52,670 nucleotides of DNA, from contig PBAZ01000020.1 of NCBI GenBank assembly GCA_002717565.1, forward strand, positions 1 to 52,670, read 5' to 3'. Below, one piece after another: positions 32,726 to 41,408 of this stretch (the first letter of the stretch is position 1; every line of letters begins with the position of its first letter). The stretch is from Chloroflexota bacterium. GTDB lineage: Bacteria > Chloroflexota > Dehalococcoidia > Lucifugimonadales > GCA-2717565. The translations under genes and the position numbers were made by a program. The notes beneath the pieces are model-generated. The model was given only the letters and a program-made list of their open reading frames with translations. It was not told the origin of the DNA and did not search any database.

Positions 32726-33007
32726 ATGTCTGCACTATACCTAGGAGCAATGGTCGAAGAATGTGACGTAAAAAACATCACCTATCCAGAACCTGTAGTC
32801 GGAGCCCAGATCTGGGTCAAAAGCGCAATCGGGAACTGGGGATGGGTAATGAGCGTCGGTCCCGAATACATAAAGGAGCACAACTGCACCGTACTCACAT
32901 ACGACGAAGCCCAAAAATACTGGCAAAAAGATGGAGGAGAAGTCTACTACAAAGATCACGCAGCTAAAGGAATTGAACCTAACTTTCACACACACAATTC
33001 AAACTAA
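32726..33007 (+). CDS. hypothetical protein
   Basis: 93-aa ORF. Confidence 0.5.
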   Translation: MSALYLGAMVEECDVKNITYPEPVVGAQIWVKSAIGNWGWVMSVGPEYIKEHNCTVLTYDEAQKYWQKDGGEVYYKDHAAKGIEPNFHTHNSN

Positions 33008-33030
33008 CAATAAGCCCAAAGGAGATAGCC

Positions 33031-33411
33031 ATGTCTGGAATCAGAATTAATGTTTACGACATCGATCCTGTCCAAGAAAGAGAGAAGCTCGAAGAAAGGT
33101 ACGGAAAAGATAACGTCTGGGATACACAGGAAATGACAAAAGAATTCTCTGTCGAATCATTCTCAGCACCATACGTCACCGTAACTCGTAAAGGAAAAAC
33201 CATTGACACCTGTTGTGAATGTGGAGGTCGTGGATATATAGACAATCCAGACCAAGAAGAAGCAGCTATCGCTGGTATAAGGTCAATGTCCTGCTATCAC
33301 TGCCGAGAAGCAGGAGAAACAGAAAAAGATTGCTGCACGGGACGCTCTCAAGGAACACTTCAATTCCAACACTCCCCTCGACTGTACTTCAACTACAAGG
33401 AACTGACATGA
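33031..33411 (+). CDS. hypothetical Cys-rich (zinc-binding-like) protein
   Basis: 126 aa with RBS AAGGAG. Contains CCECGG...CYHC...CC. Confidence 0.5.
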   Translation: MSGIRINVYDIDPVQEREKLEERYGKDNVWDTQEMTKEFSVESFSAPYVTVTRKGKTIDTCCECGGRGYIDNPDQEEAAIAGIRSMSCYHCREAGETEKDCCTGRSQGTLQFQHSPRLYFNYKELT

Positions 33412-33752
33412 TAATCACATACGAAAGAACAGTGGAATATGAAATAGATGTTCCTCCAAAGTGCATCCTGATCTATGCGAAATACTTCCATCAACACCAT
33501 ACGAGAAAGAGAAAACGAAAAGCATGCAAGGGCCCCATCGAAATCTCTCTTCAGGACATCATAGACGACATAGCACAGGACTCCCTGGGTATTTATGACC
33601 CAACGGGTAGATCTGAATACCAAATAGGTTACGCAGAACCTGAAAACCCATGCTTCCCCATGTCCTACGGAGAATTCGACCCATTCAACGGTAGCTCATG
33701 CACCATCGAAGAACTCGAAGAGAACCTAAAGAAATTCAAAGAAGAAGACTAA
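33408..33752 (+). CDS. conserved hypothetical protein (homolog of 206..526)
   Basis: Internal ATG 33408 (MIITYERTVEY...) with ATGA overlap with the upstream gene. The C-terminus matches 206..526. Confidence 0.65.
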   Translation: MIITYERTVEYEIDVPPKCILIYAKYFHQHHTRKRKRKACKGPIEISLQDIIDDIAQDSLGIYDPTGRSEYQIGYAEPENPCFPMSYGEFDPFNGSSCTIEELEENLKKFKEED

Positions 33753-33973
33753 TGAGCAAAAAACTAACTAAAGCCGAAATGGCAGAAATAGCAGCATGGG
33801 GATATCTCGTGGCTACAGATGACAAGAACGGAAGTCAAATTGTAACCAACAGATTTCCTCATTGGCCCGGAATGGAAAGAGTCAACCAAAATGGAGGATC
33901 AATAGATCTTCTATTAAAAAACGGACAAACATTCTCGATTAAAATCTCAATGCCAAGGACAAAAAAACCATGA
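33752..33973 (+). CDS. conserved hypothetical protein (homolog of 1418..1705)
   Basis: ATG 33752 overlaps TAA 33750-52 of the upstream gene. No Mini-A-like gene lies between the two here. Confidence 0.65.
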   Translation: MSKKLTKAEMAEIAAWGYLVATDDKNGSQIVTNRFPHWPGMERVNQNGGSIDLLLKNGQTFSIKISMPRTKKP

Positions 33974-34563
33974 GATACACAAAAAAACAAATAGAAGAAA
34001 TGGATAAAACCGAAAGACCGTGGAAAGCCACGGTCTCTCATAAATGGTTACGTTTCCTCTGCAATAACAAGAAAGCTCGTATTCTTGATTTTGGATGCGG
34101 AAAAAGAGCAACAATGCCACAAGTCCTACGTGACCAAGGATACAAAAACGCTTTCGGTTACGACATCATGTTTGAAGAACACAAAACAGAAGATCAAGAC
34201 CGCTTCAATGGCACATTAGAAAAGTCGGCATTCAATGCTCTTGGTACAGCAACCATGTGGGGATCTGAATGGCAAGATCACAAAACCTTCTTCTGGCACT
34301 ACATCGTTGTGTCAAACGTAATAAACATCCAACCCACAAAAGAACACATCTATTCAACACTGAAGACTATAAACTCACTAATCAAACCAAAAACAACAGC
34401 AATCATTAACTACCCAACCAACCCAAGAACACTACCCGAGATAAGCAACGGAATGTTCCGAGACATGATAGATGATGTTTTTAATGCAAACCCAAAACAT
34501 AAAGTCCTGTGCACCTTCGGCAGTCACGGAGTCATCGCATTAATCAAGGGAGGTGGAAAATGA
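33970..34563 (+). CDS. class I SAM-dependent methyltransferase
   Basis: 197 aa. Motif I ARILDFGCGKRA, acidic post-I FGYD, and later YIVVSNVINIQP. No DPPY/NPPY or PC-type DNA-MTase motif was seen. Confidence 0.6.
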   Translation: MRYTKKQIEEMDKTERPWKATVSHKWLRFLCNNKKARILDFGCGKRATMPQVLRDQGYKNAFGYDIMFEEHKTEDQDRFNGTLEKSAFNALGTATMWGSEWQDHKTFFWHYIVVSNVINIQPTKEHIYSTLKTINSLIKPKTTAIINYPTNPRTLPEISNGMFRDMIDDVFNANPKHKVLCTFGSHGVIALIKGGGK

Positions 34564-34880
34564 AAAAAGAACTACCATACACGACAGCGTGGCAAGTCAT
34601 CATCTTCGACATGCAAGATTATTGCGAAAGTATTTTCTTTAAGGATTGGGCACATGCTCAAACATACGCAAAAAGAAAAAACGATACATTCCTAATGACA
34701 AGCAACTGCTTCAAACATGCAGAAACAAAACTCATCCCGATATTTAAACAACCATTAACACATGACAATGAAATCTTCGCAAAAAAGACACTCGATGAAA
34801 TTGAAGAGGAAGTAGATATTCTTCTCTTCAAAGCAGAACAAAGAGAACGAAAGGAGGCTACCAAGGAGAAAGAAAACTAA
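34560..34880 (+). CDS. hypothetical protein
   Basis: Internal ATG 34560 (MKKELPYTT...) with ATGA overlap. 106 aa. Confidence 0.5.
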   Translation: MKKELPYTTAWQVIIFDMQDYCESIFFKDWAHAQTYAKRKNDTFLMTSNCFKHAETKLIPIFKQPLTHDNEIFAKKTLDEIEEEVDILLFKAEQRERKEATKEKEN

Positions 34881-34923
34881 AAGACCGTAATGATCTAAAT
34901 ACTTCTAACAAAAGGACTTAACA

Positions 34924-35271
34924 ATGAGTAGTGCAAATGTTGTAGTTTTGATGGGCAATCTAACAAGAGATCCCGAACTCAAAGAAATCTCGAAAGGGAC
35001 TTCTGTATGTGAGTTTGGCCTCGCAGTCAATCATGAGTACACAGACAAAAAAGGCGAAAGACAAAAAGATGTCTCCTTTTTCGACATCAACGCTTGGAAT
35101 AAAACAGGTGAAGCATGTCACGAATACCTTGAAAAAGGTAGAGGAGTACACGTAGTTGGTCGTCTCAAACAAGAACGATGGGAAACGGATCAAGGCGACA
35201 AGCGTAGTCGCATCCGAGTCGTTGCCCACAGCGTTCAGTTTCTTCCTCGTGCTCAGAACAATGAGGAATAA
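34924..35271 (+). CDS. ssb: single-stranded DNA-binding protein (OB-fold SSB)
   Basis: NVVVLMGNLTRDPELKEISKGTSVCEFGLAVN...DVSFFDINAWNKTGEACHEYLEKGRGVHVVGRLKQERWETDQGDKRSRIRVVAHSVQFL is the canonical bacterial/phage SSB pattern. Short C-terminal tail. Confidence 0.85.
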   Translation: MSSANVVVLMGNLTRDPELKEISKGTSVCEFGLAVNHEYTDKKGERQKDVSFFDINAWNKTGEACHEYLEKGRGVHVVGRLKQERWETDQGDKRSRIRVVAHSVQFLPRAQNNEE

Positions 35272-35277
35272 AACAAC

Positions 35278-35478
35278 ATGAAATGCTGCATCTGCAAAAA
35301 AGAAATAACTCCAGAACCCAATGGGTGGGATGGCGGGCATAATCCCGACCCCTACCCTCATGAGGATGGAGAAGCATGTTGCACTCGATGCAATTTCTCT
35401 GTTGTTTTACCTTTACGAATGACGCAAATCAAAAGTGAAAATGTTTCACGCATTGCTGATGTTCTGAAGGACAAATAA
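35278..35478 (+). CDS. small zinc-finger-like protein
   Basis: 66 aa. Contains CCICKK...CCTRC. Confidence 0.45.
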   Translation: MKCCICKKEITPEPNGWDGGHNPDPYPHEDGEACCTRCNFSVVLPLRMTQIKSENVSRIADVLKDK

Positions 35479-35485
35479 TACAAAA

Positions 35486-35517
35486 CCCCTCGCAGTCATT
35501 TCGATGATTGCGGGGGG
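35486..35517 (+). terminator. hairpin / weak terminator candidate
   Basis: CCCCTCGCAGTC pairs with GATTGCGGGGGG (12 bp including 2 G-U). Followed by an A/T-rich tract without a clean T-run. Confidence 0.3.
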
Positions 35518-35566
35518 ACCATTTCAAAATTACTTTAACTGCCTCAACAAACCAAGGAGAAAGAAA

Positions 35567-36718
35567 ATGGAAACTTTACTTCATCACAACTCAAAGACTT
35601 ACAAAGAAGCTGCAAGCGAAGCATCTAAATGGGCCAAAGATAAACTCTACAAAACCATTCACGACGGAGAAAAATCTGTAGAGCAAACTCTCAACAGAAT
35701 CTTTACTCAAATCCCAGAAGATGTAATTGTTCCAACGAACAAAATCGAGTTTCTCGCCGACGCAGGATCAAAGAAGAGAATCATTGTTGGTCATCCAAAA
35801 GACACTCACACCACAGAACGCAAATGGCAGGGAGTACACGAAAACGCACTCAGCCAACTATGCTCCAAAGCGCATCTTCCAATCAGGTACGCAAGAGATC
35901 TTCTCTCACAATTCGATCAAAAAGAAGACAATGGGGATTGGTGGGGACCAGAACTACTTGCACACAACCTGACCGAACTGATGAAAAACGGCAAGGGAAG
36001 ACATCTTCTCCGTTCCTATAACGGAGAACTTCGAGGCTTCCTGAGTGATCGATACAAGCGACTTGATTCTCAACAACTCGCTGCCACATTCGTAGAAAAC
36101 ATGAACAAAGTCGGTGCCGTACCAGTAGAAGGCAACTTCTCCGATACCACTTTTCATCTACGAGCACTACTACCTCAAGTCTACGAACCAATCCCGAATG
36201 AAGTTCTCGCATTCGGAATGTCTTGGTCAAACTCAGATTATGGACGTGGAGCAAACGTCATCGAAGTTTTTGCTCTTCGCCTGTGGTGCACAAACTATGC
36301 AATCGGTCAGAACTGTATGCGTCAAGTACACATTGGCAAAAGGTTCGAACCAGGAAACATTCAGTTTAGCCAAAAAACCCATGACTTAGACACTGAAGCC
36401 AGCGTCTCGGCAATGGAAGATGTCATCCAGGGAGGACTCAAGGAAGACAATATCCATAGAATCATCTCTTCTATCCAAGAAGCATACGAAGAAGAAGTTC
36501 ATCCCAAAAGCATATTTGCCGATCTTCGCAAAGCTATCGGAAAAGGAATGGCAGAGGAAGTCATAGAAACCTACAACTCTGCTGACATCGTGAACCTACC
36601 CGCAGGAAACTCAAAGTGGCGCATGAGCAATGCGTTATCTTGGGTTGCAAAAGAAAAGACTGTCGATGAGCAGTTCAAACTAATGCGGCTTGCCGGTCAG
36701 TACGCAAACATGTCCTAA
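35567..36718 (+). CDS. DUF932-like phage/plasmid protein (tentative)
   Basis: Internal ATG 35567 after AAGGAG. 383 aa. Pattern ...LSDRYKRLDSQQL...SNSDYGRGANVIEVFALRLWCTNYA recalls DUF932-family proteins. Confidence 0.45.
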   Translation: METLLHHNSKTYKEAASEASKWAKDKLYKTIHDGEKSVEQTLNRIFTQIPEDVIVPTNKIEFLADAGSKKRIIVGHPKDTHTTERKWQGVHENALSQLCSKAHLPIRYARDLLSQFDQKEDNGDWWGPELLAHNLTELMKNGKGRHLLRSYNGELRGFLSDRYKRLDSQQLAATFVENMNKVGAVPVEGNFSDTTFHLRALLPQVYEPIPNEVLAFGMSWSNSDYGRGANVIEVFALRLWCTNYAIGQNCMRQVHIGKRFEPGNIQFSQKTHDLDTEASVSAMEDVIQGGLKEDNIHRIISSIQEAYEEEVHPKSIFADLRKAIGKGMAEEVIETYNSADIVNLPAGNSKWRMSNALSWVAKEKTVDEQFKLMRLAGQYANMS

Positions 36719-36727
36719 AACAAATAG

Positions 36728-36765
36728 AACTGGGATGAGGAAAAACTATAAACCTCATCCCAGTT
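36728..36765 (+). terminator. 13-bp-stem hairpin after the DUF932-like gene
   Basis: AACTGGGATGAGG (36728-36740) pairs with CCTCATCCCAGTT (36753-36765). The downstream tract is only moderately T-rich. Confidence 0.45.
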
Positions 36766-36791
36766 CGTCATGTTCTCAAAGGAGATAGCCA

Positions 36792-37571
36792 ATGAGACTA
36801 ACCAAAGGATATGTGATCTGGCAAGGACTGTCAATGCTGGATCACAAAACAGAAGTTGCAATGGTTGCAACCTGCGTTGGTACACCCTCTACTAATCCCA
36901 AAACAGGAGATGCTATCCAAGTCTTCTTCCTGGTTGTTGACGAGAATCCTTGGGAGTCAGTCATTACCGGGATGGACGAGGGAGTTTGTGGAGACTGCAT
37001 CCACAGAAAAGTCCACAAAGGGACGTGATATGTCTGGTTGCGTTCAGTCGCCCAAGTTTGGACGGCATTCAAAGCAGGAACCTACGATGTACTCACAACA
37101 CCCGAAGACAAGATCAGAGTTGGATCATTCAAGGAAGTCCGACTTGGCGCTTGGGGAGATCCAACGTGTGTACCTATAGAGCAAATCAAACTCATCACCC
37201 AGGAATCGCCTGAATGGTATGGATACACCCAGAACTGGAAGCAATTTCCAGAATTCAGACCCTACTTAATGGCAAGTACATGCTCAATTCCAGAAACCAT
37301 AGAAGCCCTGAAACTCGGATGGAGAACCTACAGAATCAAACCTAAGGATGCACCATTAATGGATAACGAGATCCAGTGCCCATACGAGAAAAGCAAGAAG
37401 CGCATCAAATGCGTCAGATGTCCTACCCCGTGCAACGGTGCCGGACCAGGAAAAACACAAAAATCAATAGTATGCAACCCAGGAGGAAGAAGCGCACATA
37501 AGGTCTTCCTCGACAAAGGAGAAAAAGAATGGCTCTTAGATCAGAAACAACCGATGAAATCAAGCGCTTGA
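36792..37571 (+). pseudogene. Cys-rich gene interrupted by one in-frame TGA (37026-37028): pseudogene or recoded/readthrough CDS
   Basis: ORFs 36792..37028 and 37038..37571 are in the same frame. The reading is ...CGDCIHRKVHKGT*YVWLRSVAQVWTAFKAGTYD.... The downstream part has no ATG or RBS (only TTG 37038). Later motif CVRCPTPC. Confidence 0.6.
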
Positions 37572-37705
37572 TCATGGAACACAATACAATCATGATAAGG
37601 AAAATGGCTCTCTATTTCCTTACTTTGTCCAATGACGAGCAATTAGAATTCACGAAAAAAATAGATGAATTCGGCTCCAACGGGGAACCTACAGAATCAA
37701 ACTAA
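37529..37705 (+). CDS. small hypothetical ORF (58 aa, below the ORF-track cutoff)
   Basis: ATG 37529 to TAA 37703-05 (MALRSETTDEIKRLIMEHNT...). It fills the gap between neighbouring genes. Weak support. Confidence 0.3.
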   Translation: MALRSETTDEIKRLIMEHNTIMIRKMALYFLTLSNDEQLEFTKKIDEFGSNGEPTESN

Positions 37706-37706
37706 A

Positions 37707-38144
37707 ATGACAACACCTAAAGATAAACCAATCATTTTAATGCGACGTGAACAACCCAACAAAGAGGATTTCGATAATGCAATGATTAAAGTACTGGATA
37801 CTCTCGATGGGCTACCAGTAACCATCACAACAACCAGTATCGAAAACCTCCGACACGGGATTCACACACAAATGAGTGTCGAAGGAGAGTTGGAAGTCGG
37901 AAAAATTCAAGAAGACGGCATTCCATTCCTTGTATACAAACACGCAAGGGTCATGAGTCCAGACGACACAAGCCATGCCTTTTTCGGAATAGACGACATC
38001 CAAACAGTAATCGTCTACCCAGAAAAGGAAGTCATTAAACAAGGAGGCATACAAGCCATCCTGTACATAAAAATACAGGACAATGGTGACCAAAACTTAA
38101 CTGCCATATCATGGCAGAATCGCTTAACAAAATACTTAAATTAA
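37707..38144 (+). CDS. hypothetical protein
   Basis: ORF 37665..38144. ATG 37707 (MTTPKDKPI...) is chosen because it abuts the preceding small ORF; 37665 is an alternative. Confidence 0.45.
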   Translation: MTTPKDKPIILMRREQPNKEDFDNAMIKVLDTLDGLPVTITTTSIENLRHGIHTQMSVEGELEVGKIQEDGIPFLVYKHARVMSPDDTSHAFFGIDDIQTVIVYPEKEVIKQGGIQAILYIKIQDNGDQNLTAISWQNRLTKYLN

Positions 38145-38175
38145 CAAAGAATGGGAAAGCCAGGGATTTTATTCC

Positions 38176-38203
38176 TTGACTTTCCCATGTCTTCTAGTAT
38201 TTT
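38176..38203 (+). promoter_or_regulatory. sigma70-type promoter candidate TTGACT-N16-TATTTT
   Basis: -35 at 38176-38181, -10 at 38198-38203, 20 nt upstream of ATG 38224. It is embedded in a hairpin, ATGGGAAAG (38151-59) pairing with CTTTCCCAT (38180-88). Confidence 0.45.
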
Positions 38204-38223
38204 CTACCAGAAGGAGAAAGACA

Positions 38224-38937
38224 ATGGTAAAGAAAAAGAAGGTCGAAGGTATCGTTGACATACATGGCAAGGAGTACAGAACTGTTGCCTATCGAAACAA
38301 CGAACTACGACAACAATATACTATCAAGGATGGGTGGGGAATTGAAACGGAGATGTTGGTAAATGATGAAACAAAAGTCATCATGTACGCCAAGCTTGTT
38401 GATCCCAACGGAAAAATCTCTGGTAGTGGACACGCTGAAGAGTTTCGCAAAGCTACTCGCATCAACAAAACAAGCGCAGTAGAAAACGCCGAAACATCAG
38501 CTATCGGTCGAGCACTCGCATCAGCGGGTTTCGCTGGCACCGAATTCGCCAGCGCAGACGAACTGTCTAACGCTCTCATTAATCAAAAAAATGAAACAGC
38601 GGTAGAAACAGCCATCGACCTCTTTGATGGAGAAGTCGTTAGCGGAACTGAGTGGCATCATTCCAAAGTCATCAAAGACTTCAAGGGATGGGCAAAGCTC
38701 GTTTGCAATAAACGAAACAACTGCCCTGATATGGAAAACGCAACCTATGATGAAGCTACAAAGAACCCCGTCACCCTAGACATCTTGGAATGGGCAGCAA
38801 GCGACAAGTTTGAAGCAAATCGAACTACCCAAATCTTCAAAGCTAGAGCACAATCAATCACCGAGGAAATTCAAGAAGCCAAACGACATGATCCGGGTGA
38901 AGAAAGTCAAGAAGATTTTGGAGAAACACCATTCTAA
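38224..38937 (+). CDS. putative single-strand annealing protein (Rad52-like motif, tentative)
   Basis: ATG 38224 after AGGAGAAAG. 237 aa. ...SGSGHAEEFRKATRINKTSAVENAETSAIGRALASAGFAGTEFASADE resembles the Rad52/Sak-type E.A.tsA.gRAL...G motif. Confidence 0.45.
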   Translation: MVKKKKVEGIVDIHGKEYRTVAYRNNELRQQYTIKDGWGIETEMLVNDETKVIMYAKLVDPNGKISGSGHAEEFRKATRINKTSAVENAETSAIGRALASAGFAGTEFASADELSNALINQKNETAVETAIDLFDGEVVSGTEWHHSKVIKDFKGWAKLVCNKRNNCPDMENATYDEATKNPVTLDILEWAASDKFEANRTTQIFKARAQSITEEIQEAKRHDPGEESQEDFGETPF

Positions 38938-39131
38938 TGAGATGGATCTACGCAGAAAAAGGAATCATCTATGTCTGTCCAAGATGCTCTGAGCCATCAC
39001 TCAAAGCTCATGACTCAGACCATGGAACCATATACGAATGCGTCAATCGATGCTGGACAGGATTCACACCAGACGAAATTCCAGAATCCGAATTACCGGA
39101 AGGAGATAGCAAAAATGGAAACTTACGATGA
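38937..39131 (+). CDS. small zinc-ribbon-like protein
   Basis: 64 aa. Contains CPRC...CVNRC. Confidence 0.45.
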   Translation: MRWIYAEKGIIYVCPRCSEPSLKAHDSDHGTIYECVNRCWTGFTPDEIPESELPEGDSKNGNLR

Positions 39132-39441
39132 AGCAGTAGAGGCGGCAAAAAAAAGAGACATGGAGGCTCACGTAGTAATCTCCCCCGGACTCTATATCCA
39201 TTGGAATTGTGTTGAAACGAATCCCCCCCCTGGCAAAGAACCACCTATTTTCTTCCATGGAGTAGAGGCAATCGGAAAGGCAGACAATTCCGGCATGGCG
39301 TCCATTTCGGAAGATATAAATGCTTTAATGATCGCTTGGGGATCAGTCATGGTTTCAATAGCCGAACTCAAAGTCAAAAAAGTAAACATTAACTACGAAG
39401 ATCCAATCGACCTTAACAAGACGACAGTCTATTTCATGTAA
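39115..39441 (+). CDS. hypothetical protein
   Basis: Internal ATG 39115 (METYDEAVEAAKK...) of ORF 38971..39441. 108 aa. Confidence 0.45.
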   Translation: METYDEAVEAAKKRDMEAHVVISPGLYIHWNCVETNPPPGKEPPIFFHGVEAIGKADNSGMASISEDINALMIAWGSVMVSIAELKVKKVNINYEDPIDLNKTTVYFM

Positions 39442-39449
39442 CCAACCCG

Positions 39450-39941
39450 ATGAACACTGAAGTTATCACTCACCCAAAACGAAGGGATTTCCCTCTCTGG
39501 ATCAAAGGCAGAGAAGGAGGACCATTCATAGCAATAGGTATCGACCACCAAGAAAATAAAGCTTGGCAACCATACGAATACTCTGCCTGCTTTCTCTTCA
39601 AAGTCCCTTGCGAGATTGGCCGTCGTTTCCCTCATCATCAACCTCCTGCTCATGATGGAGAAGAATCCGTTACTGTCGAGTCTGCAACAATCATATTCGG
39701 ATTCGAGATAAAGGAATTTAGCAAACTAAAGCAAGCCATAATCCAAGACATTCCGCTATGTCACTGCTACTATTCCTCGGATAAATGCTATGAATCACCA
39801 ATGGTTCCATACTACAGAAAAGAGATCTTTCAATGCGAACTACAAATCGCTTCCCAATGGAAAGACATTGATCTCGAAGCACCTGATGTTGTCAAATTCG
39901 GAGCAGGTTTAGAGCCTTTCCTCCACAACCCACAAATCTAA
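39450..39941 (+). CDS. hypothetical protein
   Basis: 163-aa ORF. Confidence 0.5.
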   Translation: MNTEVITHPKRRDFPLWIKGREGGPFIAIGIDHQENKAWQPYEYSACFLFKVPCEIGRRFPHHQPPAHDGEESVTVESATIIFGFEIKEFSKLKQAIIQDIPLCHCYYSSDKCYESPMVPYYRKEIFQCELQIASQWKDIDLEAPDVVKFGAGLEPFLHNPQI

Positions 39942-40016
39942 ACCAAAGCCCAACAGGTGCTCCTTTTTTTAAGCTAACCTTCCAAAGTTTAAAGATTCTT
40001 ATAAACACGGGAACCG

Positions 40017-40433
40017 ATGCCTTCAGCCTCACCAACACAAAGAAGCTTGCAACTCATGAGATCCGAAGGATACACCTCGTGTGTGGTTGAGCGATACATA
40101 GCCCCAATCAAACAAAGGAAAGACTTCCTAGGGTTCATCGATATTCTATGTCTGAAACCAGATGAAAAGGGAATGGTGGGTGTTCAGAGCACGTCGGGGG
40201 GCAACTTCAATTCCAGACTCAAGAAATCCCTATCCATGGAAACACTCGATCTATTCATCAAGAACGGAAATGTGTTCGAGGTTCATGGATGGGCAAAGCG
40301 GGGGGCAAGAGGGAAACGAAAAACGTGGCAATGCAGGAGATTACGCATAGATGAGAATAATTTACGACAGATACGATGTCCTGAAGTGGCTGCTGACGCA
40401 ACCCCTCCCCCTGAGTGCGAAGATGATTCGTAA
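40017..40433 (+). CDS. Hjc-like / PD-(D/E)xK-type nuclease (homolog of 3989..4465)
   Basis: See 3989..4465. Conserved ...NGNVFEVHGWAKRGARGKRKTW versus ...NGNRFEVWGWGKRGPRGKRKLW. Confidence 0.55.
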   Translation: MPSASPTQRSLQLMRSEGYTSCVVERYIAPIKQRKDFLGFIDILCLKPDEKGMVGVQSTSGGNFNSRLKKSLSMETLDLFIKNGNVFEVHGWAKRGARGKRKTWQCRRLRIDENNLRQIRCPEVAADATPPPECEDDS

Positions 40434-40650
40434 GCTATTACCATTCAACATAAACGAAAAGATGCTCAAGCGAGGACTCACCCTCTTGACAAAAGAAGGC
40501 CTGTTAATCCGAGCACACTACTCCGTACCAGCCCCAACTGTAGGCAGGACAGTCCTTTACGGTGTGGGGAGACAGTTTGACTCGCTCTGCGAAAGGATAC
40601 AAAAAGATGAAAAGTTCCTTCTACACCACACTCAGCGCAAAACTGACTAG
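40351..40650 (+). CDS. small winged-helix-like protein (homolog of 4320..4613)
   Basis: 99 aa. Overlaps the resolvase-like gene by 83 nt out of frame, as in segment A. Confidence 0.5.
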   Translation: MRIIYDRYDVLKWLLTQPLPLSAKMIRKLLPFNINEKMLKRGLTLLTKEGLLIRAHYSVPAPTVGRTVLYGVGRQFDSLCERIQKDEKFLLHHTQRKTD

Positions 40651-41107
40651 CATTACACTCGCTTTACTCCTGCTACCATCTTGCCAAGCGCCAGCACCGA
40701 TCATAGAAGCGCAAGACCTTGCAGGGCAACTCGACCAAATGTTCCGTGGTGGAGTCCAAATGCGATTAGATCAATACTCAAGAGAACTCGCCTCCTCATG
40801 GGAACGAGAACTCAACCATGTGATTCGTGCTGAATTGTCCAAAGCCTCAGAAGGTGGAATGATCCCAGAGGAAACGGTCCTGACGTTGCTACAGCAACAA
40901 AGTGAAGCAAGAAAGCACAACCAAGAGCGCATAGCTCTGGAAAGAAAAGCTGATCAAGAAGCAGCAAAAGCTACCAGTGAAATTGATAAACTCCGGGCTT
41001 CCATCAGGCGATGGATGGCAGCGGGGATGACTACCGAGGAGAGAGATCGGGTTTACCAGATAGCCGGAGAATCGGCAAGGAGAATGATTAGCAATGATAA
41101 TAACTAA
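40606..41107 (+). CDS. putative lipoprotein (homolog of 4606..5103)
   Basis: ATG 40606 (MKSSFYTTLSAKLTSITLALLLLPSC). Conserved mature N-terminus and C-terminal ...IRRWMAAGMTTEERDRVY versus ...VRRWMEAGMTQEQKDKIY. Confidence 0.55.
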
Positions 41108-41408
41108 ACGCAGTCAACAAAAACTACGGGCATCGCTTCGACGTGTTCTTAGCGAAATCGAAACAACCATGGAGACCATGGAGACGGAAAGGCTTAGACG
41201 AGAAAACCCCTTTAGTAAAACCGGAGCAATGGAGGCGGAATATCTTGATGCTGTCAACGCATATCAAGAAATCGCAACCAACATTGACCCAGAAAGAATC
41301 CAACATATCACCGAGCAAATCGAATCTCGGACATGGGCAGATGAAGAATATGCAAAAGCAGCGGCATTCCTCGTTCAAATCGCCCATCACCTCGGTGCAT
41401 TCGTATGA
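41094..41408 (+). CDS. conserved hypothetical protein (homolog of 5087..5383)
   Basis: 104 aa. Shared W.DEEYAK motif. Confidence 0.6.
   Translation: MIITKRSQQKLRASLRRVLSEIETTMETMETERLRRENPFSKTGAMEAEYLDAVNAYQEIATNIDPERIQHITEQIESRTWADEEYAKAAAFLVQIAHHLGAFV

Noticed and set aside
38176-38223. Upstream alternative-start extension of the SSAP-like ORF (track start 38176)
   Set aside because: The extension coincides with a promoter-like TTGACT-N16-TATTTT and a hairpin. A strong AGGAG RBS precedes ATG 38224.
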